A stretch of 62,439 nucleotides of DNA, filler included, from Chiloscyllium plagiosum (Eukaryota): assembly GCF_004010195.1 (NCBI RefSeq). It is 5 parts of one record of this genome, joined end to end, with 100 filler letters (N's around TTAATTAATTAA, not from the genome) between each part and the next. Parts side by side here need not be neighbours in the genome. Positions count along the whole stretch, not along the records: positions 1 to 29,995 come from NC_057711.1; 4 more parts are not named here. One strand, 5' to 3'. How positions within the stretch are numbered: the first letter of the stretch is position 1; the number at the start of each line of letters is the position of its first letter. Made by a program: the position numbers and the translations under genes. The notes beneath the pieces are model-generated. The model worked only from the letters and a program-made list of their open reading frames with translations, searched no databases and was not told where the DNA came from. Below are positions 13,226 to 25,753 of this stretch, piece after piece.

Positions 13226-14484
13226 ACATCTGAACTACTACCTTCATTTTTTGTTTTGCTGAATCTCTCAGTTTAGTCTTAATCAATTATTTCAAATGCT
13301 CCACTGTTTTATCTACTGCTTCCAGAAAAAATATTCGCAACCAAGTCATTTCAAAACCTGTACAATAAATGTTGCACCTTTTATGTTCAGAACCTTCATG
13401 TGCCTGTTTCTTTAAAAGGGATTAAGTTCAATGAACTCAGATCCTGGCTTGTTATAACTCCAGCTGATGTCACCACTAGACATCTGGCTTGGCAGATCAT
13501 ATCTGCATTTTTCTTTGAACTTAATATGGCAATCTCTCTCTGAAACATAAGCACACAAAGCTGCACATTCAGTTTTATCAATAAAGCATAGATTTATTAC
13601 ACAAAAAAGTGAAAATCATATAAAACAAACCAAGCTATCTACATATATCATAGTCTGAAAGACTTCAAAGCACACAGCAAATCAAAAACCCATCTAATTC
13701 CCAACACCATCACTTTACAGTTCATCAAAATCCGGAGAGCTTTCCCTATCCTGTCTGATGTGTGAGATTGATTTAACTGTTTCTTCCCAGTTCCAGCCCT
13801 ACCAGCCGTGAGGCCCTTTCCCTGGAATCTTCACACGAAGGAGAGCTTAGACTTTCTCAGGCTTCTAACCAAACACTCTCAGCATATTTTAGGAGTTTCA
13901 CAAACTCAACCTCTTTTTTGAGGTAACATGTTGTTAACTGTACTGAATAATCCCCTTTGTCTAGGAGAGACTATTTCCGCATCTGACACCAGTCAGATTT
14001 CCTTCAAAATACCCATAAGCTTTGCAGTCTCTGGGTTATTCAAAACTAAACTCAGGCCATGAATATTCTGAAGTCCAAAGCCAGCTAATGTCTTTCATCG
14101 TTTTCCGTCTCCTGTCATAAACCCCACAGTATAAACAATCTTCCATTAATACTCCAGGAGGAACATACTGGTTTAAAATCATAGTTCTAGAAAGACTGAC
14201 CTAATTAATTTTTAAACCCATTCTCAAAAACAAACCAATACCCACTTGTTTAAATCCAAACCCTAAAAATAATTATATTAATATATAAAAACATCACACA
14301 CCTTTCTTCATAACATAGCTATCAGTACATGAAACAACACCCTCACTCACTCTCAGGCAATATTCACCCATTGACAATATCCACCTCCTTCATCACTCTC
14401 TGATAATACTCACTCCTCCTGTGCCTGTTGACAACAATTGATTCATTGGTCACTCCCTGACAATGTCAAAGCCCCGTCACACTC

Positions 14485-15035
14485 CATAAGACCATTAGAC
14501 ATAGGAGCAGAAATGAGGCCATTCAGCCCATTGAGTCTGCTCCACCATTCAATCATGGCTAATAAGTTCTCAGCCCCATTCTCCCGCTTTCTTCCCTTAG
14601 CCCTTCATCCCCTTGACAATCAAGAACCTATCTATCTCCGTTTTAAATTTACTCAGTGACCGGCCTCCATAGCCTCCTGTGGCAACAAATTCCATAGGTC
14701 CACCACTCTCCGGCTGAAGAAGTTTCTTCTTATCTCAGTTCTAAAATGTCTTCCTTTACTCTAAGGCTGTGCCCTCAGGTCCTAGTCTCTCCTACCCAAT
14801 GGAAACATCTTCCCAACGTCTACACTATCCAGACCATTCAGTATTCTGTAGGTTTCAATTAGATCCCCCCTCACTCTTCTAAACTCCATCGAATATAAAC
14901 ACAAAGTTCTCAGATATTTCTCGTATGTTAAGCTTTTCATTCCTGGGACCATTTTTGTGAACCTCCTCTGAACATGCTCCAGGGCCAGTCCATCCCTCCT
15001 GAGATATGGGGCCCAAACCTGTGCACAAAACTCCC
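14485..15035 (-). mobile_element. CR1 LINE 3' fragment
   Basis: WAPYLRRD..ALEHVQRRFTKMVPG...RGDLIETYRIL on the minus strand. Confidence 0.88.
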
Positions 15036-15194
15036 TGGCAATACTCCCTCCTCCCTCACCTGCTGACAATACTCAAAGCCCCCAGTCTAGGCAAGGGGTG
15101 GGCAATAAATACTGGCCTAGCCAGCAGCACACATATTCCATGATTGAATATAAACGATGTCCCTGACTTGTAGGCATCACAGCAATATGCACAA

Positions 15195-17330
15195 TGGATA
15201 AAGGGAGCCTATAGACATACCATATTTCAATGTCTTGGGGTATTTAGCCAGGTGATTCATGAAAGGTTATTGTGTAGCGTAGCAGTTCATAATGCAGTGG
15301 CTAACATATTAGCATGGCAAGATGATTGGCTAGCTGGCAGAGAAAAGAAAGCTCACATTAAAGAGTCATTCATTGATTGACAGAGTGATGGCTGGGTTTG
15401 CAAAAGATGCAGCGATAGGCCGAAGAGTATGTTGTGAAGAGAGGGAGTGGGAAAAACTCTGGCAGATGGAGTATACATATGAGGTTATTCATTTTTACAG
15501 GAACAGGAAAAGAATGATTTATAACAATTGCAGAATTGTTGCAAACAATTTAGGGTTCTCATGCATAAGTCACAAAAAGCTATTGTGCAAGTACAATATG
15601 GAATGTTCATGTGATGCTATTGTTTATTACAAGAGGAATTGAACACAAAAGTAAGGAGGTTATGTCTCAGTTATGCACAGCATTGCTGGCACCACCTCTT
15701 GAAAACTGTTGTTTCTGGTCACCTTAGTCAAGGAAGGATGTGAATGTTTTGGAGGCAGTTCAGAAGAGGTTTACTAGATTGATACTTGGAATGATCGAGT
15801 TGTCTTTAAAGGGTAATTTGATTGAAGCATTTTGAATGAATGAATGAATGAATTACAATTATTGTCACATGTATCCAAATGAGTACAGTGAAATATTTAT
15901 AAGTAGCCACTTACAGCGCCGTCTTAGATCATGAATGGTCTTTACAAGGTGGATGTGGAGGGGATGTTTCCTTGTAGTGGTCACTCCAGAACTAGGGGGC
16001 ACTAGGGGTCTGGGGGTCACCCTTTTAGGAAAGAAATGTGGAGGAGCTTCTTTTTTCGGAAAGTTTAATATCATTGGAACCGTCTGCTTCGAAGCTAGAG
16101 GAAGTGATGGATGTCATTGAAGTGAAACTAGATGGATTCTTACAAAGGAGAGAAATCAAAGGTTGCAGGGGTAGACAAGGATATGGAATTTCAATAGATC
16201 AGCCACAATCTTATTGAATGGTGGAGCAAAACTACCCATGAAGGGAGGGTAATTTGATTGGGCCTGTATACACCAGAGTTCAGAAGGATGAGGGGGATCT
16301 CACTGAAACATATCAAACTTGAACAGGACACAAGACAGATGTTTCCCCAGTTCAGGAGTTTATAACCAGGACATGGGGTAGACCATTTAGCACTGAGATC
16401 AGGATCTAATGACCACACAATTAGCTACCTTCCTTTACCTTTACAATTAGCTACCTTTCTTTACCACAATTAGAGTGGTAAAGAAAGGTATGTGCCATGC
16501 TTGCCTTTGTTGGTTGGGGAATTGAATACAATAGTCAGGATATCATGTTGCAGCTTTATGAGACTTTAGTTAGGGCACACTTCGAGTACTGCATTCGATT
16601 CTGGTCGCGACATTACAGGAAGGATGTGGAGGCTTTGGAGAAGGTGCAGAAGAGATTTACCAAGATGCTGCCTGTATTAGAGAGTCTGAGCTATAAGGAG
16701 AGGCTAGAAAATCTCAGGTTGTTTTCTCTGGAGTGGCAGAGTCTGAGGGGAGACTTCATAGAAGTCTATAAAATTATGAGATGCATAGATAGGGTTGATG
16801 GTCAGTATCTTTTTCCCAGAGTTGAAATGTCGAAAATTAGGGGGCATCCATTTCAGGTGAAAGGGGGAAAGTTCAAAGGAGATATGAGGAGCAAGTTTTT
16901 CACACAGAGAGTGGTAGGGGTCTGGAGGCAGATACAATAGGGATGTTTAAAAGACTTTTAGATAAGCACATGAATAAGCAAGGAATGGAGGGATATGGAC
17001 CAAAGGCAGGCAGAAGGGATTAGTTTAATTTGGTGTCATGTTCGGCACAACATCATGGGCTGAAGGGCCTGTTCCTGTGCTGTACAGTCCTATGCTCTAT
17101 GAGGAAAACCAATAATCAGCTATTGAATTATCTGCCACAGAAGGCTGTGGTGGCTAAGTCATTGAATAAAGTTAAGAAAGAAATAGATACATTTTTAGGG
17201 TTTTAGGCATCAGGGGATATGGGGAGAAACATAGCATTAAGATAGAGGATCAGCAGTGATCATATTGGATTGTGAAGCAGGCTTGAAGGGCTGAATGGCC
17301 TATTCTGGTCGTGATTTGTAATACCATATG
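15195..17330 (+). mobile_element. Cluster of CR1 LINE fragments (old copy plus a younger 3' end at ~16470-17100)
   Basis: ORF 16497-16940 LYETLVRAHFEYC...RGDFIEVYKIM; degraded RT segments upstream. Confidence 0.8.
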
Positions 17331-18614
17331 TTCATATAAGAAACTCAATATCCACATAGTTAATAAAAGCCATCCAAAATCTACCAGATCAGACATCTGA
17401 CAAGAAAGTATATAGCTCTCCCCCATTCCAGTAATCTCTAAAAACTCTGTTTCCATTCCTTCCTGGGCACAACATTAGTTACGCTGAGACCTCAAGCAAA
17501 ACTTTCCAAGTTATGATGGTTTTGGACAGATTACCAAAATTGTTAAGCTCCCAGATGTGGAGGATTGAACCGTCACTCCTCCTGTACTCATCTGCCCCTT
17601 TCAGTTGATCCAAACAAGGCTCATTTAGGAAGTATCCCTCTATTGTGAATGTCTCTCCCACAGGATAAATGAATTTATGTTTTTAAAAGGGCCAATTTAA
17701 CCAGGCTTTCTTATGTTAACAAAACAGTGAGTTTATTAGTTAACTAAATGTGGCAAGGATTAATAACACAACACTCATACTTACAGGTTAGAAATAAATG
17801 AGTCCAAAGTAAGGTAAAAGTTAAAAGATATAATGATTGCTCTCTGGGTCATTCATGAAGAATAGACAGTGAAACATTGATAGTTGAACAGCTGATCCCA
17901 GAATTCTTGGCTTTTTCTGGGTTTGTTGAAATCCTTTCACCCAGTTTTCTTTTGATGAGTGTAAGAATACTTCCACCTGCAATGCAGAGGTGACTAGTCA
18001 GTGGCTCATTGATTGTGACCTTCACAACATATTCATACCCAAACCCAAGCTAGTGACTCTCAGTTCATGAGCACACAAAGACCAGGCGTGCTGTCAGTTC
18101 TTAACCCCCTTTTTTGGGAACTCTTGGAAAGGCAAAACACAAAAGGTGTCTGCAAGAGTTGATGTTCTGCTGAGAGGGGAGTGATAGTCAGACCTTCATT
18201 ACCTCTTCCCACTACTCTGCACTCTCTTTCAATTTGAACTTTCCCTGAAAGCCCTCAGGCAACATTCCTTCTAATGTTTTTTTTGCCAAATGGACTGTGC
18301 AGGGCAGTGACCTCCAAAAGTGGAAGCTGAGGAACTGTCACACCAATTGGCATACACAGACCCTGGGAGTGGCTGTGGGAATTGAAAGTAAACATTGCCT
18401 TATGGTATTACCTTCCATGCCAGACAGCGAATGAATTTCCATCCAACAACTTCTCCATCTAAAGTAGATCGCTTTTTTGAAAGAAACACATTTCGGAATT
18501 AATAGTTTAAAACTGTTCAGAGTACTACAGGGCTCCAATCTATTGTCTTGACACTTCAGTCATATCTAATTGTTGTTGAATTGACTGGCTGTATAGTTCA
18601 GCTCAAAGGATTCT

Positions 18615-18835
18615 CAACCACAGTCAGACAGCAATCAACTACAGAGAGCAGTAAACCACAGTCAGAGAACAATCAACAACAGTCAGAGAGCAATCAACCA
18701 CAGTCAGAGAGCAGCAAACCACAGTCAGACAGCAGTCAACAACAGCCAGAGAGCAATCAACTACAGAGAGCAGTCAACCACAGTCAGATAGCAGTCAACG
18801 AGCAGTCAACCACAGTAAGTGAGCAGTCAACCACA
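18615..18835. repeat. ~21-bp minisatellite (CAACCACAGTCAGAGAGCAGT)
   Basis: About 11 imperfect tandem units, some shortened. Confidence 0.9.
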
Positions 18836-19234
18836 TTGCTGTGGCTCTGGAGCCAAATATTATTCAGAAAGTGTAAAATCAGCAGATTTCCTTCTCTAAA
18901 GAACAGAAGTGAATCTAATGGGTTTTTGCACTATCGATGCAAGTTCTCATGGTCAACATTATCACAACTAGCTTACAGTTTCTACTCGTTCAGAGCTTTG
19001 ATTGGAGCCCATCCAGATTATTGCGAACAGCATTGTGATTCCTTATGTTGAAAACAAGCTTCTTCCTCAGATGGAAAGTCCAAGACAATTTGGCTTTATC
19101 TTAAAATCAAAACCAGACCAGTAAGGTGTGAAGTTGAGGTACATTTATTTTTCAGGAAATCTGGTATTCACTCTATCAAAAGGCATCAGCATCTGGAAAT
19201 CAGTAGATTTGCAAATTGAATTAGATGGAAGAAA

Positions 19235-20375
19235 GAAATAGGCCATTCAGCCCATCACGTCTGCTCTGCATTTACTGAGATCATGGCTGTTCTGATAATC
19301 CTCAAGACAACTTTGTCACCTTTTCCCATAATTCACTATTCCCTAACTAATTAAACACCTGTCTATCTTAGCCTTGAATATATCTAATGACCCAGCTGCC
19401 ATAACCCACTGCAGTAAAGAATTCCATACATTGACCAGAAATTCCTCCTCATCGCCATCTCAAATGAGGGACTCCTTATTCTAAGATTATGCCCTCTGAT
19501 CCTAGACTCTCCCACGAGGGAAAACAATTGTTTTGCGTCTACCCTGTCAGGTACCCCATGAACCTTCCAAATTTCAATAAGATCGCATCTTCATTCTTTT
19601 ATGTTCCAATAAGATCAGGTCCAACATACTCAACCTCTCCTCCTAAGACAGTCCCTCTGAACCCTAGACCAGCCTAGTGAACCTTCTCTGGACTGCCTCG
19701 AATATATCTCTCCTTAGATAAGGAACCAAAACTGTTCACATTCCAACTGCAGTTAGGCTAGTGCTTTGTATAGTTTTAACAAGACCTTGTCACTTTTATC
19801 CTCTTGCTGCAGTTATACAGGGCCTTGGTGAGGCCACACCCTGAGTATTGTTTGCAGTTTTGGTTTCCTAGTCTGAGGAAGGACATTCTTGCTATTGAGG
19901 GAGCCCAGCGAAGGTTCACCAGACTGATTCCTGGTATGGCAGGGCTGACACATGAGGAAAGACTTGATTGACTGGGTTTCTACTCACTGGAATTTAGAAG
20001 AATGAGTAGGGACCTCAAAGGAACATATAAAATCCTGACTGGACTGGCTAGATGGGGGAAGAATGTTCCCAATGTTGGGGAAGTCCAGAATTAGGGGTCA
20101 CAGTCTAAGAATAAGGGGTAAGCCATTCAGGACTGGGATGAGGAAGAATGTCTTCACTCAGAGAGCTACGAATCTGTGGAATTCTCTCCCACAGGAAGCT
20201 GTTGGGGTCAGTCCATTAGATACATTCAAGAGGGAGCTAGCCCTTGTGGCTAAAGGGGTCCAGCAGTATGGAGAGAAAGTGGGAGTGGGATACTGAGATT
20301 GCATGATCAGCCATGATCATATAGAATGTTGGCGCATGCTTGAAGGGCTGAATGGCCTACTCCTGCACCTATATC
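19235..20375. mobile_element. Two CR1 3' ends back-to-back (- 19235-19800, + 19801-20375)
   Basis: Both halves show CR1 ORF2 C-terminus and 3' tail, in opposite orientations. Confidence 0.8.
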
Positions 20376-20495
20376 CATTCCTTTTCAAAATATCCCTCTG
20401 CAGATGCTTTGTGTCATCCTCACCACTTGCCTTCCCACTTATTTTTGTGTCATGAAAACTTGGCAATAGTACGTTTACCCCTTCATCAAAATCAA

Positions 20496-20815
20496 GGGTG
20501 GCACAGTAGCTCAGTGGTTAGCATTGCTGCCTCACAGCACCAGTGTCCCAGGTTTGATTCCAGCCTCGGGCAACTGTCTGTGTGGAGTTTGCACATTCTC
20601 CCCATGTCTGCATGGGTTTCCTCCGAGTGCTCCGGTTTCCTCCCACAGTCCAAAGATGTGCAGGTTAGGTGAATTGGCCATGCTAAATTGCCCAGTGTTA
20701 GGTGCATTAGTCAGAGGGAAATGGGTCTTGGTGGGCTACTCTTCGGAGGGTTGGTGTGGACTTGTTGGGCCGAACGGCCTGTTCCCACACTGTAGGGAAT
20801 CTAATCTAATCTAAT
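20496..20815 (+). mobile_element. HE1-type SINE
   Basis: Same head, body and (ctaat)n tail as the other copies. Confidence 0.9.
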
Positions 20816-20819
20816 CATT

Positions 20820-22800
20820 TACTCTAAATAATTGTTGTGCAAGCACTGAACTTCCTGAAGATGTCCCCTTATCCCAACTCTGCCTTCTCATAGTTAGCCA
20901 TCTTCACTCCATGCTAATGTACTGCTCCCAACACCACAGACTCTTTGCTGATGAAGTAGTCTAGTTATTGACTGTATCAGATATTTTCTGAAAATCCAAA
21001 TATGTTAATCCACTGCTTACATTCTATCTCTTCTGCTTTGACCTCCTCAAAGAATTTAAACAAAACTGACGGGGTATGGTTTCACCTTCATGAAGCCATG
21101 ACAACTGCTTGATCACGTAATGCATTTCCACATGCCCTGCTATTAGATCCCTGACAAGAGATTCTAATATTTTCCCAATGACAGACGTTAAGCTAGCTGG
21201 CCTGTAACTAACTGTTTTATTAATCTCCTAATGAAGGGCTTATGCCCGAAGTGTCAATTCTCCTGCTCCGCGGATGCTGCCTGACCTGTGCTTTTCCAGC
21301 GTCACCCTTTTTGACTCTGACTCTGTAGGACCTGCAGCCCCTCACTTTCTCCTTATTAATGTTTGCTGCCTTTTTGAATAAGGGTGTTACATTGGTAGTT
21401 TTCCAATCCTCTGGAACTTTTCCAGAATCAAAAACGAATTGCTACCAGTTCATCCACTACCTCTGTGGCTATTTCTCTGAATTTCTTGGATGAAACCCAT
21501 CAGGTCCAGGTGGCCTATTGGTCTTTATCTAGTTTTATTTATTTATCTGCCCACTTTTGTCCCTAGATAATTTAGTATTTTTGGAAAATTATTAGAGTCG
21601 TCCACTGTGAAGACAGATGCAACGTATTCAAATACTGCTGTTTTCCGGTTCAATATTATTATTTCCCAGCATCATTCGCTGAGGAACCCATGTTCACTTT
21701 GGCCTCACAATTGAGTTTATATGTTTAAAAAGCTCTTACTGTCCTTTTTTTATGGCAGCTATCCCCATAATTATACTGTCTCCTACCAAAACTACATCCC
21801 TATTTCCTTCCCCCGCTTGATCGCCTCCCTGTACCATGCTGTCATATCAATTTGCTCACCCTCCTCCCTGCAATCCACCCTCTTATCTACACAGCCTGCA
21901 GGTAACTCATAACTGTTGGCCAATAGCAAGGGCTAACGTTCTTCATACAGTAACCCTTGGGTCTCCCAACCCCACTTTTCCTTAATCGCAATATAAATTT
22001 AATTACATCATCTGAGAGTTGGGACTTGGTGCGAAATGCCCAGGTAACGCTCCCCTTCCCTGATGGGGGTACAAGTCTGCAGGTGGGACTCCAGCTCCTC
22101 AACCCAGATCCAGAGCTTCTTGACCTAAAATCATGGGCTACAGGTGTGTTTGCTCTGGGTAACCTTGGTAGCCATCAGCTCTACAGGCTGCAGCAGCAAC
22201 ACATCACCCACCCTGCCATCACCATTATAGTTTTTGTTTTAAATTTTCAATTGATTACTGCAAGTTTACATTTGAAGAATCTCCCACTTTTCACACTTTA
22301 TTGTCATATTCTTTAACATGGTATCAATCTTATACTTGCCAACTATTTTTAAGCAAAAGGGAGAATAAAAGACTAGAGATTGAAATACCTTAATTTTATT
22401 TTAAAGGTGGGAAATACTCACCAATCCTGCTTTACCTGCCCTTCTGTCACATGGTTTGAAATGTTTCCTCCACAGCAGGTAGGCCTGTTAATCCATGCCT
22501 TTTATTCTGTCCAAGTCACTTCTCACTCAATAGATGTTATTTTAAGCTTTAAGAATGGAATAAACCTTTATTACATACCGGATACTCACTAATTCACCAT
22601 CCACTTCTCCTGTAGCAAAGCAAAAACTGATACCTGAAGGCTGTAAAAGTTTAAGCAAAAAGCAACCAAACACCTCTTCCACCCTATGAAGCTCTCAACT
22701 GCACCAATTTATTATAATTTGCATTCCAGTACCAAGTTGTACTAAGCTGGCTATTTATATATGCTCCTTAGGCTTACCTGAGTGACTTAGTAAGAATCCA
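20820..22800 (-). mobile_element. Degenerate CR1 with ORF1 remnant and probable 5' UTR
   Basis: Minus-strand MAGWVMCCCCS.. zinc-finger-like ORF1 start near 22219; YRPASLTSVIGKILE-like RT segment near 21170-21205. Confidence 0.6.
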
Positions 22801-23965
22801 ACTTCAGATGGTTCATAGCTAAGCAGCGGTTTCACTGGCAATGTTAAAGAGCAAAGCTTACTTAAGGCTGGCAACTAACACTTAAACTATAGCTTTCAGT
22901 TTAATGCCAACTATAAATTACAAACTAAATTAGGTTTGGATAAAACAAAATAAAATTTCAGTTCTGAAAAAGAGTCATTTTGGACTCAAAATATAACATT
23001 GTTTCTCTCACCACGGATGCTGCCAGGCTTGCTCAGTTTCTCCAGTATTCTCTGTATTTGTTTTAAAATTTTCAACATCTTGAGAATTTATTGAAGTAAA
23101 TATTTTAGTTTATCTTACCCAACAATGCACACGCTCAGTCCTTGGTGGTCTTGTGGCTCGCAGCCCCTCCCCTAAACCAGGAGCTCTGCATTCCAGTCCA
23201 GCCCCACAACTTACTTGACGGTTGAGGAAGGCGAGTTCATAATTCAAACAAACAGGTCAAGGGTCAACTATCCAAACGACAGGCCATTCATAGGCAGTAA
23301 GAGCAGGGTGGAGATGTGACAGAAAGAACATTGAATGCTCCTCTATCACTATCCTCAGCTGTAGGCTGCAACATGCATGTAAAAGTGAGTGTTGTTGGTG
23401 TGGCTAAATTTGGTGCTAACAACGTTGCTTTTGACAGGACATGTACCCTTGCTGCACACATTGGAAGTTACATCACTATCAGTCAGACCTGTCTTCAGGA
23501 GGAGGACTGAAGAAGATGGCTATGGGAAAATGGTGCTGATCCAAACCATAATCTAACTGATACAAAGAATCATGGCCAATTCTTAGCAAAAAAAAGAAAG
23601 AACTAGACAAATAGACAAGATAAATAGATAGGGTCTTTTCCCCAGGGTGGGGGATTTCAGAACTAGAGGACATAGAATTAGAGTGAGAGGGGAAAGACCT
23701 TAAACTGATCTGAAGGGCAACTTCTTCAAACAGATGTGTGGAATGAGCTGCCAGAGGAAGTGGAGGAAGCTGGTATAATTACAACATTTAAAAGGCATCT
23801 GTATGAGTATGTGAATAGGAAGGGTTTAGAGGGATATAGGCCAAATGCTGGCAAATAAGTCTAGATTAATTTAGGATATCTGGTCAGCACGGATGAGTTG
23901 GACTGAAGGGCTTGATTCCGTGCTGTACAGCTCCATGACTCTATAACTGCAGATGATGTATAACT

Positions 23966-24128
23966 CAGAAACAAGAACAGAAATTCCTGGAAAAGCTCAG
24001 CAGGTCTGGCAGACCTGTGAAGAGAAATCAGTGTGAACATTTCAGGCCAAAACTTAAACTCTCATTTCTCTTCACAGATGCTGCCAGACCTGTTGAGCTT
24101 TTCCAGAAATGTCTGTTTTTATTTCTGG
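23966..24128. mobile_element. Fold-back Penelope-type terminal repeat (second subfamily)
   Basis: ctggaaaagctcagcaggtctggcag...gaagagaaat and its reverse complement atttctcttc...ctgccagacctgttgagcttttccag. Confidence 0.75.
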
Positions 24129-24812
24129 CCAATTCCGAGTGTTCAGAAACTAATGTGGTGACTAACCTTCCCTTCTGATTGAAAGTCAAGAATCCATTTG
24201 AAAGAAATAGGTTAACACTTTTGGTGAAATAGGATCATAGGAATCTACAGTGCAGGTGGCCATTCAGTCCATCGAGTAGAAACAAGGTACTTCCTGCTAT
24301 TGACTACATAGTTTGCAACTGGATATATCTGATCTAATTTCACTTCCAAAACCCCCACCTCTATTACAACCAGCTCCACCTGCTGGAAAACTAAATGAAG
24401 GATCGTGAATAGGGCAGGTGGCAAGATTTCTTAAAACAATACAAGTGTTAATTCAGTGGTGTCATTAAATGTCATAAAAAAGTACATCAGACAATAAGGA
24501 AGTCAGAGCATGGAATCAATCATTCAGATCAGGAGGGATTTCTTCTGTCTTAAGTGTTTAAAATACTCTTCTTCCAAGGGAGAGAAAATTCAGGGTAGAC
24601 TCTGAAAGAGTTTGGATCGTGGGATTCAAGAGGAGGGGATAGGGAGATAGAAAAATGGGGTTAATGCCACAATCAGATCATCTTGTTGACTAACAGAACA
24701 GGTTCAAGTGCCTGAATGGCCTGGATTGCTCCTAATTCTTACTTCTTACGTGCAAAAATAAATATTAGATTCCAATTTTGGGAGGAGGTTCAGTAATATT
24801 AAAAGCTTTTTT

Positions 24813-24818
24813 TTTATT
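24813..24818 (-). other. Putative polyadenylation signal of the uncharacterised gene
   Basis: AATAAA on the minus strand ~130 nt after the TGA at 24946. Confidence 0.45.
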
Positions 24819-24945
24819 AATACAAACTGTTCATCGGGTTTGGTGTGGGAGGGCATGGAAAGGAGTGGGGAGGGGAGAAGAATCTCTCTTTATGACAAAT
24901 TCCTTCCTATCTATTTACTTTCAAGAATAAGAAAAGATCACATCA

Positions 24946-25314
24946 TCAATAGTATCGCCTGGGTCTCCAAGGGCCCTGGTAAGGGGGTAATTCAGCAGCC
25001 ACGCTGCTCCAGTACTCCACAGACTTGAGCTGAGAGTTACTCTTGTACTGCGGGTTGTCGGACAGCATGTCCTCAATGAAAATGTCCTCGGGCACAGGCA
25101 GGAACACGCAGGAATTGGGGCCAATCTTGCTGAACTTGGAAGCGTTTGGGCGGCGGTGCCGGAAGGTCAGGCTGTCCCCGTCCTCATCGCTCGGCGAGCT
25201 GATGTTCCACTTCTGCTTGGTTGTCCGCCGCTGGTACTTCCTCCTGGCGGCCACCACCTTCTTGCGGCCCTTGGCCTTCTCCGGCCTCCTCAGGTACGGC
25301 TTGGAGAGGTGTGC
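24946..25314 (-). CDS. Uncharacterised gene, putative terminal coding exon (122 aa + stop)
   Basis: Long polypyrimidine tract + gttag acceptor, phase 0. GC3-rich, CpG-retaining open frame AHLSKPYLRRPEKAKGRKKVVAARRKYQRR...PYQGPWRPRRYY*. AATAAA lies about 130 nt downstream. Confidence 0.7.
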   Translation of the reverse strand, partial: AHLSKPYLRRPEKAKGRKKVVAARRKYQRRTTKQKWNISSPSDEDGDSLTFRHRRPNASKFSKIGPNSCVFLPVPEDIFIEDMLSDNPQYKSNSQLKSVEYWSSVAAELPPYQGPWRPRRYY

Positions 25315-25426
25315 CTAACAAACGACAAGAAAACAAGAGGCTTGCGGTCAGTATTTCTGGTCCCTCAGGGAACTCCTGGCCAAAAAGCAGAGCACAGTTA
25401 CCCTCAATCCAAGTGCGATGCCATGT

Positions 25427-25753
25427 GGGCGGCACAGTGGCTCAGTGGTTAGCACTGCTGCCTCACAGCGCCAGGGAGCCGGGTTCAGTTCCCGCCTCGG
25501 GCAACTGTCTTTGTGGAGTTTGCACATTCTCCCCGTGTCTGCATGAGTTTCCTCTGGGTGCTCCAGTTTCCTCCCACAGTCCAAAGATGTGTTAGGTGAA
25601 TTGGCCATGCTAAATTGCCTATAGCGTTAGGTGCATTAGTCAGAGGGAAATGTGGGGGAGTGGGTCTGGGTGGGTTACTCTTCGGAGGGTCGGTGTGGAC
25701 TGGTTGGACTGAAGGGCCTGTTTCCATACTGTAGGGAATCTAATTTAATCTAA
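25427..25753 (+). mobile_element. HE1-type SINE
   Basis: ggcggcacagtggctcagtggttagcac head; tail ends gtagggaatctaat. Confidence 0.9.

Larger units (their letters stand above)
9500..14315 (-). mobile_element. Highly degenerate Gypsy LTR retrotransposon (integrase/gag remnants; candidate LTR 13450-14315)
   Basis: Minus-strand HQTLKT (near 11015-11033) and FAIRNAPDE (near 10925-10952) integrase-like motifs; TGTTAT...ATAACA termini for the candidate LTR. Interrupted by Penelope and CR1 insertions. Confidence 0.5.

Noticed and set aside
18548..19051. Gln/Ser-rich 167-aa ORF
   Set aside because: Translation of the 21-bp minisatellite plus repeat-derived flank.
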